Shown here one piece after another: positions 48,858-64,000 of a DNA stretch of 64,000 nt. The position numbers and the translations under genes are program-made. Positions within the stretch are counted from its first letter, which is position 1; the number at the start of each line of letters is the position of its first letter. The notes beneath the pieces are model-generated. The model ran no database searches. It saw only the letters and a program-made list of their open reading frames with translations, and was not told the origin of the DNA. This DNA is from the human T2T-CHM13v2.0 reference genome, Homo sapiens: assembly GCF_009914755.1 (NCBI RefSeq), contig NC_060935.1, one strand, 5' to 3'.

Positions 48858-49287
48858 AGAAAATGGTAAGGTAAAGAGTGAAAGTGACATGATCAAAGAA
48901 AAATACAGGGAGTATTTGGAGAGCAGCTTGACAAGCACACTTAGTTATGATGGCAGGAGGAAATCTTTAAAGGGTAGGCAAAGGACATTTGTGGACTTCA
49001 TACTTCTCCTGATTCCTTACAAGAAAAACCAGTAATACCTCCATGCTGCTTTCCAGTTTTAAACTGCATTCTCATATGTTATTATTCCAAACATGGTGAG
49101 TGTCAGACAGCACACATATACTGCATGTAATACAGACAAGAACAGTGAGGCTCAGAGAGACTGACTGCCCCACATCTGTCATCTGAAGTGGAGCTGGGGC
49201 TGGACCTATGGTTTCCCCTGAGCTTTGTTCATCTTCACTACTTCACGTCCTGTCAATTCTCAGGATGTAAGAAAAGGAGTACTTTGG

Positions 49288-50380
49288 TGTTGCGGGAAGT
49301 CAGGGACCCCAAACGGAGGGACCGGCTGAAGCCATGGCAGAACATAAATTGTGAAGATTTCATGGACATTTATTAGTTCCCCAAATTGATACTTTTATAA
49401 TTTCTTACACCTGTCTTTACTGCAATCTCTGAACATAAATTGTGAAGATTTCACGGACATTTATCACTTCCCCAATCAATAGTCTTAGAATTTCCTATGC
49501 CTGTCTTTACTTTAATCTCTTAATCCCGTCATCTTCATAAACTGAGGATGTATGTCACCTCAAGATCCTGTGATGATTGCGTTAACTACACAAATTGTTC
49601 GTAAAGCATGTGTGTTTGAACAATATGAAATCTGGGCACCTTGAAAAAAGAACAGGATAACAGCGATGTTCAGGGAACAAGGGAGATAACCATTAGGTCT
49701 GACTGCCTGGGAGCTGGACAGGACAGAGTCATATTTCTCTTATTGTCGAAAACAGGTAAGAGAAATATCGCTGAATTCTTTCCCCAGTAAGGAATATTAA
49801 TAATTAACAGCCCTGGGAAAAGAATGCATTCCCAGGGGGAGGCTTCTAAAATGGCCGCTCTGGGAGTGTCTGCCTTATGCAGTTGTAGATAGGGATGAAA
49901 CATGCCCTGGTCTCCTGCAGAATCCCCAGGCTTGCTAGGATTAGGAAATTCCAGCCTGGTGAATTCTAGTCAGACCGGTTCTCTGCTTTTGAACCCTGTT
50001 TCCTGTTAAGATGTTTATTAATGACAATGCATGCACAGTGGGACATGAAACTTTATCAGCAATTCTAGTTTTGCCCTGGCCTTGTGAACTTGCCCTGCCC
50101 ATTCACCTTGTGATATTTTATTGCCTTTGAAGCATGTGATCTCTGTGACCCACACCTTATTCGTACACCGCCTCCCCTTTGAAAATCGCTCATTAGAACT
50201 TGCTGGTTTTGCGGCTCAGGGGGCATCACAGAACCTGCCAACATGTGATGTCTCCCCCAGACACCCAGCTTTAAAATTTCTCACTTTTGTACTCTTTCCC
50301 TTTATTTCTCAGACCAGTCGACACTTAGGGAAAATAGAAAAGAACCTACATTGAAATATTGGGGGCTGGTTCCCCCGATA
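49288..50380 (+). mobile_element. MER11 solo LTR (HERV-K11/HML-8)
   Basis: Starts TGTTGCGGGAAGTCAGGGACC and ends TCCCCCGATA; perfect 6-bp TSD CTTTGG; 1093 bp. Confidence 0.92.
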
Positions 50381-51904
50381 CTTTGGGAAAGCTATTCTGG
50401 AAGTATAACAGAGGGAGGACTGGACAGGAAGAAACTTGAGAGGTTGCTGGAATACAGGCTACACATGCCTCCATGCTAAGGACTACATGTGAGATTGAAG
50501 GAGGCTGTTCTGAGGCATCAGCAGGAGAAAATACATGACTTGGTCAACAACTTGTATAGAATGAAGGCAAAAGACTCAAAGATACATCTAAAATTTCCAA
50601 GCAACCTGATACAAATGGTGTCCCTGCAGAGAGAAGATGATTTACAGGTATGAGAGAAGACAGCTAATGAATTTGATTCTGGCATGCATTGTGTATTTGG
50701 GGAAACGAAAATATACAGGGTGAGATGCTTATAACTTACAAATTTACAAGATTATAAATGCTTGTAAATTTATATTTCAGCTCAAATGTTGGAACTGGAG
50801 ATTTTAAATGAGAAAGAAAATGACATTAAGAGTTGACTGACTATATTTCAGTTTATTTTTCTAAAGATGAATGGGTCACATCAAAGAAACAAATGGTAAA
50901 TAATAAAGGGTATTGATAAAGTTATATGAATGTACAAAAATTCAAATGTTATAATAATTGCCATTTCTTGTTTCTTTTTAGTCTTAATTCAAACAGCACA
51001 GTCTGAATGCCTCTATCTACAGTGGTAAATTAATCTGTGATTTCAGCATCCAACTTTCCTTTTTAAAAAGAGATATGTTCTTCTCCAGCTGTGTCCCAGT
51101 CATACATAAGCTAGATCCCTTTCAATATGCATTGGGAGAAATTTTCAAAATGATACATTTGGCAGACAATCCTCATCTGGATTTTAATTAAGGCCCCATG
51201 CAAAATGCTGCCGGGCATGTATAAAAAGGATCTACACATGTCAAAAAGAAGTTACAGGTGGAAACAGGAAACAGGCTGGTAGTTCTCTGAGAGCTTTAGA
51301 AATTATAACTTCAGTTCTGATGATAGTGACTAGAAAGCCCTGATAAATTAAAAATTAAATATTTTATAAATTAAATTTACTTTTGGGAAAGTGTAATGTT
51401 AACACAAATGTAGAGCAACACAGTAAAAATCATTTTGGATTCAAAACGAAAATGTTAAGGACAGAGAGGTAGGAAAAGGTATTTATTCAAAATAAAATAT
51501 TCTGGAAGCATTATGATCTGCTTTTATATACAGGATAGAGGTGACAAAGCATGAAGAAGTAGAAAAATGAGCAGAGAAGCAGCAAAGTAATATAAAATGG
51601 ACAAATTAGGCAGAAAATGAAAGAAGTGAAGCAGAAATTCCCTTCAATTACAAAGACTAAAGTGTTTAATTTAGAAGAAAAAGCCTGAGAGAACACTGTA
51701 TATTTCTTTTCTGCAAATTTATGGTCCCTTCCTTCTCCTAAACCAGCCATTTCTACAAAACAGACGGGAAGGTGCTCCTTACAATAAGGATGCCCATATC
51801 ATTCAAAGTCCTTATCAGGGCACTTTTGTCTAGAACTAATGCTAAATGAGATAGGATATCACAACCACTGGTATAATCAAAGTATCCCAGGCAAACCAGA
51901 GTGA

Positions 51905-52739
<835 letters not shown>

Positions 52740-52969
52740 CTCACTATGAGTGTGCCTACCACCTCAGAAGTGCAGCAAGTGTTTCCTACTGGAATGAACC
52801 AATCCAACCCATCTGCACCTGAAGCAGGTTAAGAAACCCAAGGCTCTTCAACCAAAGCCCTAGAAGATATTATGCTTCTTTTTAGTTTCTCATTTCTAGG
52901 CATTTAAGACTGCTCTATCCAAAAATAATTATTAGCTATTTTCATGCTTTCCCTAAGAAATTAAAAGCT

Positions 52970-53580
<611 letters not shown>

Positions 53581-53951
53581 CCTGGATCTCAAATCCAACA
53601 TTAATACCATCTTTCATTTAAGTAGCATTTTATAGTTTATATACTTCTACCATTTTCTTTAAAAAAACAAAACAAAACAAAAAAAACTATGTAGCACAGG
53701 CAGAGTAGGTATCATGCCCCAGTTACAGATGAAACCAAATTGAAGAGCAAGTTAAATGCCTTTCGCAAATAGCAAATGGCAAAGCTACAATACTTATAAC
53801 TATACCTACAAACTTTCACCATTCCTTTTCCTTAGAGCTCTTATGCTAAAAACTTGGGTCAATATTAGTATGTAATTTTTAAGAAAGATGGTTAATTAAA
53901 TCGATGAGGCTTTTTTTTGTTGTTGCTGTCATAAAAGTGGAGATAACATGA

Positions 53952-54315
53952 TGTATTAGTCCGCTTTCATGCTGCTGACAAAGACATACCCAAGACTGGG
54001 TAATTTATAAAGAAAAAGGTTTAATGGACTCACAGTTCCACGTGGCTGGGGAGGCCTCATAACCATGGCAAAAGGTGAAAGGCATGTCTTACATGGACAC
54101 AGGCAAGAGAGAAAATGAGAACCAAGAGAAAGGGGTTTCCTCTTATAAAACCATCAGATCTTGTGAGACTTACTTATTCACTACCATGAGAACAGTGGGG
54201 GAAACTGCTCCCATGATTCAATTATTTTCCACTGGGTCCCTCCCATAACACATGGGAATTATGGGAGCTACAATTCAAGATGAGATTTGGGTGAGGAAAG
54301 AGCTAAACCGTATCA
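53952..54315 (-). mobile_element. THE1 (THE1B-like) solo LTR
   Basis: tgtattagtcc...tatca, 364 bp, 5-bp TSD CATGA/CCTGA. Confidence 0.88.
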
Positions 54316-54511
54316 CCTGAGTTAGATCTCAAGGGTTCTTTTGAGGAGCAAATAACATATGCAGCATACATAGCTCAATGTCCAGTCCAAATGTTATTTA
54401 GGCCTCTGTCCTCACTGACTGTGACAGGGCTCTCTTCTAAGCTTGATAACCTCTACCCTTAGAGCACTGAGTATCATCTGAAATTACAAATTCTCAGATA
54501 GTATAGGCAAA

Positions 54512-54538
54512 TTTATTTCTATGGTAGAAGCATTTATT
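54512..54538 (-). terminator. Twin AATAAA poly(A) signals, probable MSANTD4 3' end
   Basis: TTTATT on + at 54512-54517 and 54533-54538, about 1.6 kb downstream of the stop codon. Confidence 0.65.
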
Positions 54539-55638
54539 TCAGATATAGAAAAATAACACTATTTCAAAGTCAGAGTAAGTAAACAGAAGTATATTTTTTC
54601 CTTGCATACCCATCCTCAAATGTCAACACACAGTTTCCAGCCATTCTTACAAGGAACAAATGCAAAATTAAAGTAATAACTGTCAACAGAAGAGCTGTAT
54701 TAAAGCTACGTATCAACCTTGAAAATCAGAAAACACAAAGTGATCTAGTGCAGTGATTCTCAACTTTAGTGTGTATCAGAATCACTTGGATTGTGGAAAA
54801 AGCACCTTCAGAGAGCTGAAGGAAAATCATCAGGTCAAGCAAGCCCTTGGTCTCAGAATAAATATCAAAAAGACTAAAGATACGTGCTTTGTTCCTCAGG
54901 GAAGAGGGAAGGACAAAATATACTACAATATAGAAGATCAGCCATTTACTCTGTGTCACTTCTCTGAGCTTCACATTCAGAAATAACGACAGATACAACT
55001 CTCAAGAATTGTTCTACATATTAGGTTAGATAGTGTAATAAGTGCTTCTCCAATCCATAATACATACCTACTATCATTATTTCAACATCATTATTATTTG
55101 ATACGGAGTACATCTTCCCCACCTACCCCCTACTCCCAAATGGCTGCTATTACTTATTTTAAAAGTCAAACAATCAGTCATTGGGTTCAAGCTCATGGAC
55201 TACAAGTACCATTTTTATACTGGTATCATTTTTACTAGCTTCAACTATTCACTTATAAGATTTCAGTACATTACTGAAATGACATTTTTGTACCCAAACT
55301 AAGACAATGACTGAAAGAAAAGGAACTAAAGCTTTAAAATTGCGTCTTGCTTCTAAAGCATTAATAGTGAGAAAAAGAATTCTTTTCAAAGTGACCCATT
55401 TTAGAAAATTTCTGATGTTCTCTGTATTGTTTTCTGAATCTGAGAAGGCTATTTATAGATGGAAACATGGGAATAAAATACCTATAATCTTCATCACTTC
55501 CTATATTCAATATACTACACAGTAACATTTCATAGTTAAAGTTTTTGGCCATTTAAGTACCTACCCACATAAATATCTGAGGTTTTAATATTCTAAAACT
55601 ATAAAACATAGCTATAGAGGTACACAGTTAGGCTAGGA

Positions 55639-55833
55639 CAGGGTTTCTCAACCTCAGGACTAATGATATTTTGGGTTGGAAAATTCTTTACTGAGTGTGG
55701 GGGGGTGTTGAGGAGGTATGCATTGCACAGTAGCAACCTTTTCCCCACCCCAGTTTTGACAACCCAACATGTCTCCAGACATCACCAAATTGGTCTTCTG
55801 AAGGCCAAAATCTACCCCAGATGAGAACTTCTG
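55639..55833 (-). mobile_element. MER20 hAT MITE in the MSANTD4 3'UTR
   Basis: TIRs cagggtttctcaac / gagaacttctg; 8-bp TSD GGCTAGGA / GGCTAGAA. Confidence 0.8.
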
Positions 55834-56126
55834 GGCTAGAATTTTATATGGACATAATTGTAAACTCTGGGTACACAGACAATACAAGACTCTATGTAAT
55901 ATTATAAGGTAAAGAGTCCAGCACAGTAAGTTTCTGCTATACTGTTTACGCTAGGGCACAGCTTTTATATACTACTTAGGCATACAGTTATCCACATATA
56001 ACTTTTTCCTACTGAACACTGACATTAGACAAGAAACCACAGCTAATCCAGCAACCATCATTATATCACCTGATATGAGAAAAATCTAGAGTTTTCAAAC
56101 ATTTGCTAAATGGAAGCCTGGAAAAA

Positions 56127-56702
<576 letters not shown>

Positions 56703-57020
56703 CTAAGAGCAAAGAGAAAAGCAATTTTCAGTATTGACTTCTACTTTGTGGCAATTTGTCTAAATATTTCTTAAAAGCTTTCTGCGTCGTTTGGGGAAAA
56801 ATACTTAATTTGAATTTTGAATATCATTTACACTGAATTACTTGATGTCTGTAATACATATAACCTAGGTAATTATATTTAGGTGGGAAGAAAAGTATTA
56901 ACGATGTAAAGAGAAAAGCAGAATGACTTGTTATGTACTATTTTTAAATAAGCTTGAAAATCTTGGAATGTGTTAACAGTTCCTGAACAATAATCTCCCA
57001 CATCAGAATTGAAAAGATTA

Positions 57021-57614
<594 letters not shown>

Positions 57615-57929
57615 TCATTGTCTTCCATTCATCTAGTGGCAAGGCAGTCTGGATAATTCCTAAAAGGAAAAAAGTACAAGCAATCAATCAATCTGCAACT
57701 TCTACAACATACTTCAACCTAATGAACTATATAATTTTTAAGAGAAACAAAAAACAACCCTCTAAATATAGCTTAAAATTGTGTACTTCTTTATCTTTGC
57801 CAGTACTAACATAGTCCAAATTGCCGTTTTCTCCCCACTGGTGTGCTGCAAAGGTTCCTAACCAGTTGCCACTATTCATTCCTGACTCCCTTCCTACTAC
57901 TTCAGCTCCTTCTCCCACAAATTCTCCCT

Positions 57930-58350
57930 CTCTCCTCCAATTGCACTGGCCATCTTTCAGCCACCTATTCCTGTCAAACTCTTTCTTAGTTCAGGGCCTT
58001 TGTCCACACTGTTCCTTCTGCCTGGAAAATGGATTGCTCCCTTCTCGGTCTATTTTATTCCTCCTCGGTCTACTTTATTCCTCCTCATCCTTTAGCTTGC
58101 AGATTAAGCATCCGTTTCTCAGGGAAGCCTTTCCTGACAAATCAAATTACTCCAGCATAAAATTTGCAGGACTCTTCCTAGACTGGATTTTATACTTGTG
58201 CTAACATACAGCTCAGAGTCTGTCCCTTTCCCCAGTTCACTGCAAAGTTTCACAAGGGCAGGGATGTTTCCACTGGCCATCACCTCCCCAGAGCCTAGCA
58301 GAGATTCTGGCACATGGCATGCATACCATAAATATGTTTTGAATGAATGA
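57930..58350 (+). mobile_element. L2 3' end in the MSANTD4 intron
   Basis: cagggcctttg...ctcagggaagcctttcctgac...tggcacat...ataaatatgttttgaatgaatgaa. Confidence 0.75.
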
Positions 58351-59170
58351 AAGAGTCGATTTGCCAAAATAATCATTAGTTTGAGATATCTAAAAGAAAA
58401 AGTACACTTTGCAGAATAATTTTAGAGAAAAACTGAAAGGCTGAGCTGCAAAATCAATAAAACTCAGAAACCAATTTGAGACAATGTAATCTGATCAAAT
58501 AAATGCCAACTACCTACATTTTACTACTTCACAAATTCAAACTCATTTTGAGGTTAATAAACCAACACAGAAATCCTAAATTTCGAATATAATTTCCTGA
58601 AACAATGAAAGTATTGTAGGAATATGACAAAATTAAAGGGGTAACAAAAAAATGGCAAGGATTTTACCCAGCCATCCCACCTAATTAATCATGTAAGTAA
58701 AAAGATCAACAAAAAAGATCAACAAAAAAAGATAACCAAAAAAAAAAAAAATGATCACTCAAAAAGAAAAAGGAAAATATCACCAAAAAAATTTTTTAGA
58801 TTCCTAAACCTTTCAAAGACTAGTGCACATTGCATGGTTTGCCCTTGTAATTCTGTTCCTCAAAGCTCACCCCATCCTCCCCTCCCTTAAACCACCAAAC
58901 AAAAGCCCCTAACATCAAACAAAACCAGGCTGGACTATATTTTTGTTTCTAATTAAGGCTCTTAATTATGTGCCTTTCTTTGGAGAATTTCTCAGCAGTA
59001 CTTTGTATTTTTCTGGGCCACTTTAATTGTAGAGTTGAAGAGCACAATAGGAAAGTACGTATACTTGGAGTCTCCATTAAATAAATTTTAAAATATCCAT
59101 GTGGCAATATTTGTATACAGATTTTGAGTGGAAAAGATCCTCTCTTGTAAGCATTTCTTTTAGATACGAG

Positions 59171-59352
59171 ACAATGTTTCTCCAATTTCCAGAATCTCAG
59201 GTTGTCAGACTGTCAAAGAGGGTGTACCTGAAACTTGTCAGAAATGTAAACTTTTTAGGCTCCTCTCCAGACTGGGAACTCTCGAAGTGGGACCTAGCAA
59301 TCTGTGTTTCAATAAACCCTCCAGATAACTCTAATGCACAGTAAAACGTCTG
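59171..59352. mobile_element. MER5-like hAT MITE
   Basis: gggacctagcaatctgtgtttcaataaaccctccagataactctaatgca. Confidence 0.55.
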
Positions 59353-60170
59353 TGCTAGACCCACACTAGTAGAACAGATGATTCACATGCCTCACTCTCT
59401 TATCTACCTTGAATTCAAGCCTTACATAAGTGCATCTGGTGGAATCTAAAGCACATCCACAATCCTCACTGCAATGGACTGGGGAAGTGTAGTTTTTGTG
59501 CTAGCTAGCCTTTGCATTATCAGAAGGCATACTAGGAGGCTGGAACAGATGGTGAGTGAGTCAGGGACTCGATTGTCTCATAGCGGCAGAAAATGAGGTC
59601 ATCTACCAAAAAGGTCCCAGTGTCTCACACAGTATAGTACATATTGCTTTATTAATATTGATTCAACTGAGGAGAATAATAATGATTCAACTGAGGGATA
59701 GATGTCAAAAAAGCACTTTGACTTGGAAAAGAGATTTTAAAAGATGTAAGGGGAAACAGGGCTCAGAAAGAGTAAGGGGTACCTTACACAGACCATGCTG
59801 TCTGACTTCAAATTCACTCACTGATAACTGCTACAGAGCTGACTTTTCCTCCCCTACAAAATGTGAAATGGGATGACATTACTAAGATCCCTTCCAGCTC
59901 TATCACTGTTTGACCTTAAACTTTTCCTGTCAATATGAAAAAAAGTATCAAACTATCCATGAAGTTCCAAATCCTGTCATTTAAACCCCATCATAACATT
60001 AAATGGGAGATACCAGCCTTTCTATTTATAAAACAAGATCCAGAGAGGTTAATTTGCCCACAACACAGCTAGTTAAATGGCAAGACTTACTACCACCAGG
60101 TTCCCTCACGTCACATGTACTTTGACTTTATTAGCAGCTTGTGATAGCTAAACCTTAAAAATGTGTTGTT

Positions 60171-60501
<331 letters not shown>

Positions 60502-60592
60502 TCATTTAGTAAAAGATTTTCAAAAGGAGACTCTTACCTATGTGGAAGGTCCAGATAAAATTCTTTCAATCGGTTACATTTCCTCTACCTCC

Positions 60593-61027
60593 TGTTAAAG
60601 TAAATTAGACCGGAGACCTGGCCTGAAGAATCCCTAAGCAGACAAAACCAGTTAGGCCTCATAAGAGACTTTAACCTTGCTTCATTTGCAAACATATGCA
60701 ACACTTAACTTGGGCTATTTTTTTGGTAAATATCGATATTTTTTAAAAAAGAAACTTAAGACTAAGCAATCAGAAGCTGTCAGCTAACTTATGCAACTAA
60801 CTTATGTAACCTTCCAGCAGGATAGGTCAAATTAGACAATCTTATAACTGTAACCAATCAAATATTTACTTTGTTTTACTTCTGTTAGACCTATAAAGCC
60901 TCCCCGCTTTGTGTTTCCACTGCAGAGCCCCCAAACCACTTCTGGTTTGGAGCTGCCTGATTCAAGAATCACTGTTTGCTCAAATAAACTTGTTAAAAGT
61001 TATCATGTCTCAGTTTACCTTTTAACA
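60593..61027 (+). mobile_element. ERV1 solo LTR (MER57-like)
   Basis: TGTTAAA...TTTAACA termini with internal CCAAT, TATAAA and AATAAA in LTR order. Confidence 0.65.
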
Positions 61028-61779
61028 CATGGTTTCTTTTCTCTTACTCTGTCTGCCAATTTAAACTTTTCATTAGTGTGAAAAATAGTTCTACTCTAAT
61101 TCACAATACAAATAGTATCTTCTACTGAAGCAAAAATATAGCAATTAAGCAAGGCTAAATTGAATAAGAAAATGCACATCTTTTCTATCATCTTTTCTCT
61201 TTTAGACTGAAAAGTGGATGCTAATACCTTATTTTTAAACTTAATAACAAAGCATTTCTTATCACCATTGCATTAAACCTTTATGCATTTTTCCTTTTCA
61301 AGCTCTTGGTATTCTTTCTTCAGCTGACTTTGTACGTGTCTAATAACATCAACAAATATATGCCCATCACCACATCTTTGTTTCCAATCACTCATGTGGA
61401 ATAACCATCTCCTGAACTGCCACTTGCTGCTGAAATAGAGGTCAGAAAACTAAAAATTCAAAACAGCTGAAATGAACTCTCAAGAAATCACTGTCAATTT
61501 CACATACCCACAAAAAAGGGCAACGTATGCAAAAACAAAAAGAAAAGAAGACTGCAAGCCAACTATTTCTAAAGTAGACTTATAGACTTTGAAAATTTCT
61601 CAAGAGAAATTTAATAATAAAATTGAAATCCACAAAATTGGAATGTATAACCAACAATAGCACTCTTGATACTGCCCTAGAGATATACTCCTCTTACAGT
61701 CAAATGTAAACCTTTATCCTCTAGAATATAAGCAAATAATATAAGCAAAGTTTATCTATAAATAGAAACATCAAAAGAG

Positions 61780-62005
61780 GTAGTGTGTGTAGTAGTTATG
61801 AGCACAGATTCTGGAGTCGGACCACCCGGGTTAGAGTCCTGGCTCTGGCAATTCCTAGCTGTGTGGCCTCAGTTACTTAACTTCCCTATGCGTAATTTTA
61901 TTTGTAAAATGATAATAACATTACTTCATAGAAATCCTATAAGGATTAAAGGACTTAGTCAAACAAAGAGAACAGTTCCTGGTGCACATTAAGCACTATT
62001 ATGTA
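61780..62005 (+). mobile_element. MIR
   Basis: gagcacagattctggagtc...tttgtaaaatgataataaca...aggattaaa. Confidence 0.75.
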
Positions 62006-62458
62006 TTTGCCACATCAAAGGCAAAACATTTAAATAACTTTGACAAAAGGAAACAAAAATGTCACAATAATATTGGAATTGTTTAGTTCCTAAGTTGAGG
62101 GATAGGTCCCATGGGTCTTTATTATTATGCTTCATAACATATATACTTACATTAGGAGTGTGGTGGAACCTGCCCATGAGAGCTCTCAAGAATCAATTGC
62201 GGACATCTCTTTCCAACTCCACATTCAGCCATGTCATGTTAGGAGCTAAAAATTGGCCAAGACGGCACTTACTAATACTACAGAATTGTCAAATTAGAAC
62301 TTTTTTTTTTTTTTGAGTGGGCAGAGAGCTGCTTTATTAGAACACTCCAGCTATATTATTTTTGTGTAAATCAAATATTATCTAATAAATAAAAGAAAAT
62401 GAAATGTTTTAACATCTGATTCCAAGGCAGTTTAGTGAACACTGTAGAATGCTTATAA

Positions 62459-62750
62459 TTTTATTTTATTTTTAGAGACAGGGTCTCACTCTGTTCCCCA
62501 GACTGGAGTACAGTGGCTCAATCATAATTCATTGCACCCTCAAACTCCTGAGCCCCAGTGATCTTCCCGCCTCAGCTTCCTGAGTAGCAAGGCAGGTGCA
62601 CCACCATGTACTACTAATTTTTAAAGCTTTTATATAGACAAGGTCTTGCTATGTTGTCCAGGCTGGTCTTGAACTTTTTGCCTCAGGTGATCCTCCTGCC
62701 TTAGCCTCCTAAAGTGCTAGGATTACAGGTGTGAGCCACCATGCTGAGCC
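62459..62750 (-). mobile_element. AluJ
   Basis: gagacagggtctcactctg...gagccaccatgctgagcc. Confidence 0.88.
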
Positions 62751-64000
62751 TAGAACACTTAAATAATTTTAGAGGATCACATTTAATTAATACTCTGGCC
62801 TAACATTCCTATGTAATTCAAATTATCCAATAGCTTGGGCAAGCATTCAGCTTTCCTCTAGAGGTGACTAAAAATATTCATGAGGTACCATGTTTATAAG
62901 CCACAATATAAAAAACTGAAGCAAAGTGATTTACACACATCATTAAACCAGCCCCAATATGCTGCTTCTTAGTACCCTATGTTGCAGGACAAGTGAAAGA
63001 ATTATTGGTCAAAACTTGGCTTTTTCCTTCTACAATCTGCCCCACCTCTAAGGACCTAGGAGATAGTCGCCCATCTGCTCTAAAAACAGGATCTTCAATA
63101 CCTGGCACTGTGCCTAACAAATAGGAGGAGGTAAAAATATGAACTCAAAACAAGAAAATGATAAAGGGATGGGAAAGGGTATAGAAAGAGAAACAGAAAC
63201 TAATTCAAGGAAAGTAAGTCAGGAAAACTGAAGTTTCCATAGGCACACAAAGCATATGCTTATAAGAAAACAGAAGCAAGTCAACATAGGCAAGAAGCAG
63301 TTAGCCTGTAAGTGAAGAACAGATGTCCACCCTATAACTACACTAAACAATGAGACAGTTAACAGGTTATTCAAAATTCTGAAGAAAAATCTTCAGCTAA
63401 CAGGCTATATTGCTAGTCAGGCATATTGACCAACCATAAATAGGTTATCAAGGACATTAAAAAAAATAAAATCAGCACATTTTATGTCCTCAAAAAACAG
63501 AACAGAGAGCCAAAGATATATCACATCCCACCAAATCAAATGCCTACATGTGATAAAGATAAATTTTGGTTTCCAAAATACACAGAATGTTTCAGAGCAT
63601 TTACATAGCCTTTTGAGCCATTTAAAAATCACTATCACATTTTTAAGGTAAAAGCATGGTAAAAATAGAAATATTTATCAAAAGGGGACTGGATGAATAA
63701 ACTATTAAGTCACATAATGGAATATATGCAATAAATGTCATGTTAGAGTATGGATGTCTTAGCACATAATCCCCACGTAGATGCTATAGTTGATGCAAGC
63801 CAACAAAATTGGCAAAGGAAATGCATCTGTCTGTGTGTGTACATGTTCACAGATCAACTTAGGAACATTCGCAGACACAGAACATCCTATGCTCTACAAC
63901 AGGTTCATTAACTCTGTCTACCACCAACCTGGGGATCATGTGCACAGTCATTTCTGTCTCAGCCATATGGCTGCTTCTTAGCCCACAGCACATTTATTTT

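Overview
Human (primate) genomic DNA, not microbial. The + strand carries the 3' end of GRIA4 (AMPA receptor subunit GluA4): the mutually exclusive 115-nt flop (12546-12660) and flip (18514-18628) exons, the M4 exon with two alternative donors (short -SIKI tail versus long tail), and the terminal exon with its 3'UTR (26172 to ~28.7 kb). Convergent on the - strand are both coding exons of MSANTD4 (345 aa, Myb/SANT-like domain plus heptad-repeat coiled coil). The rest is intronic or intergenic and rich in interspersed repeats (L1, Alu, L2, MIR, LTRs, DNA transposons); most listed ORFs are repeat-derived noise. I found no wholly new gene system. The most interesting unexplained structures are: a near-perfect hairpin between a distal branch-point motif and the flip acceptor; a young AluYb8 forming a close inverted Alu pair just upstream of flop; an L1 whose interior was replaced by a second L1; a candidate L2-donated GRIA4 poly(A) signal; a 3'UTR G-quadruplex; and a three-frame uORF cluster in MSANTD4. 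Repeat subfamily names come from recalled consensus sequences and need RepeatMasker/Dfam confirmation.
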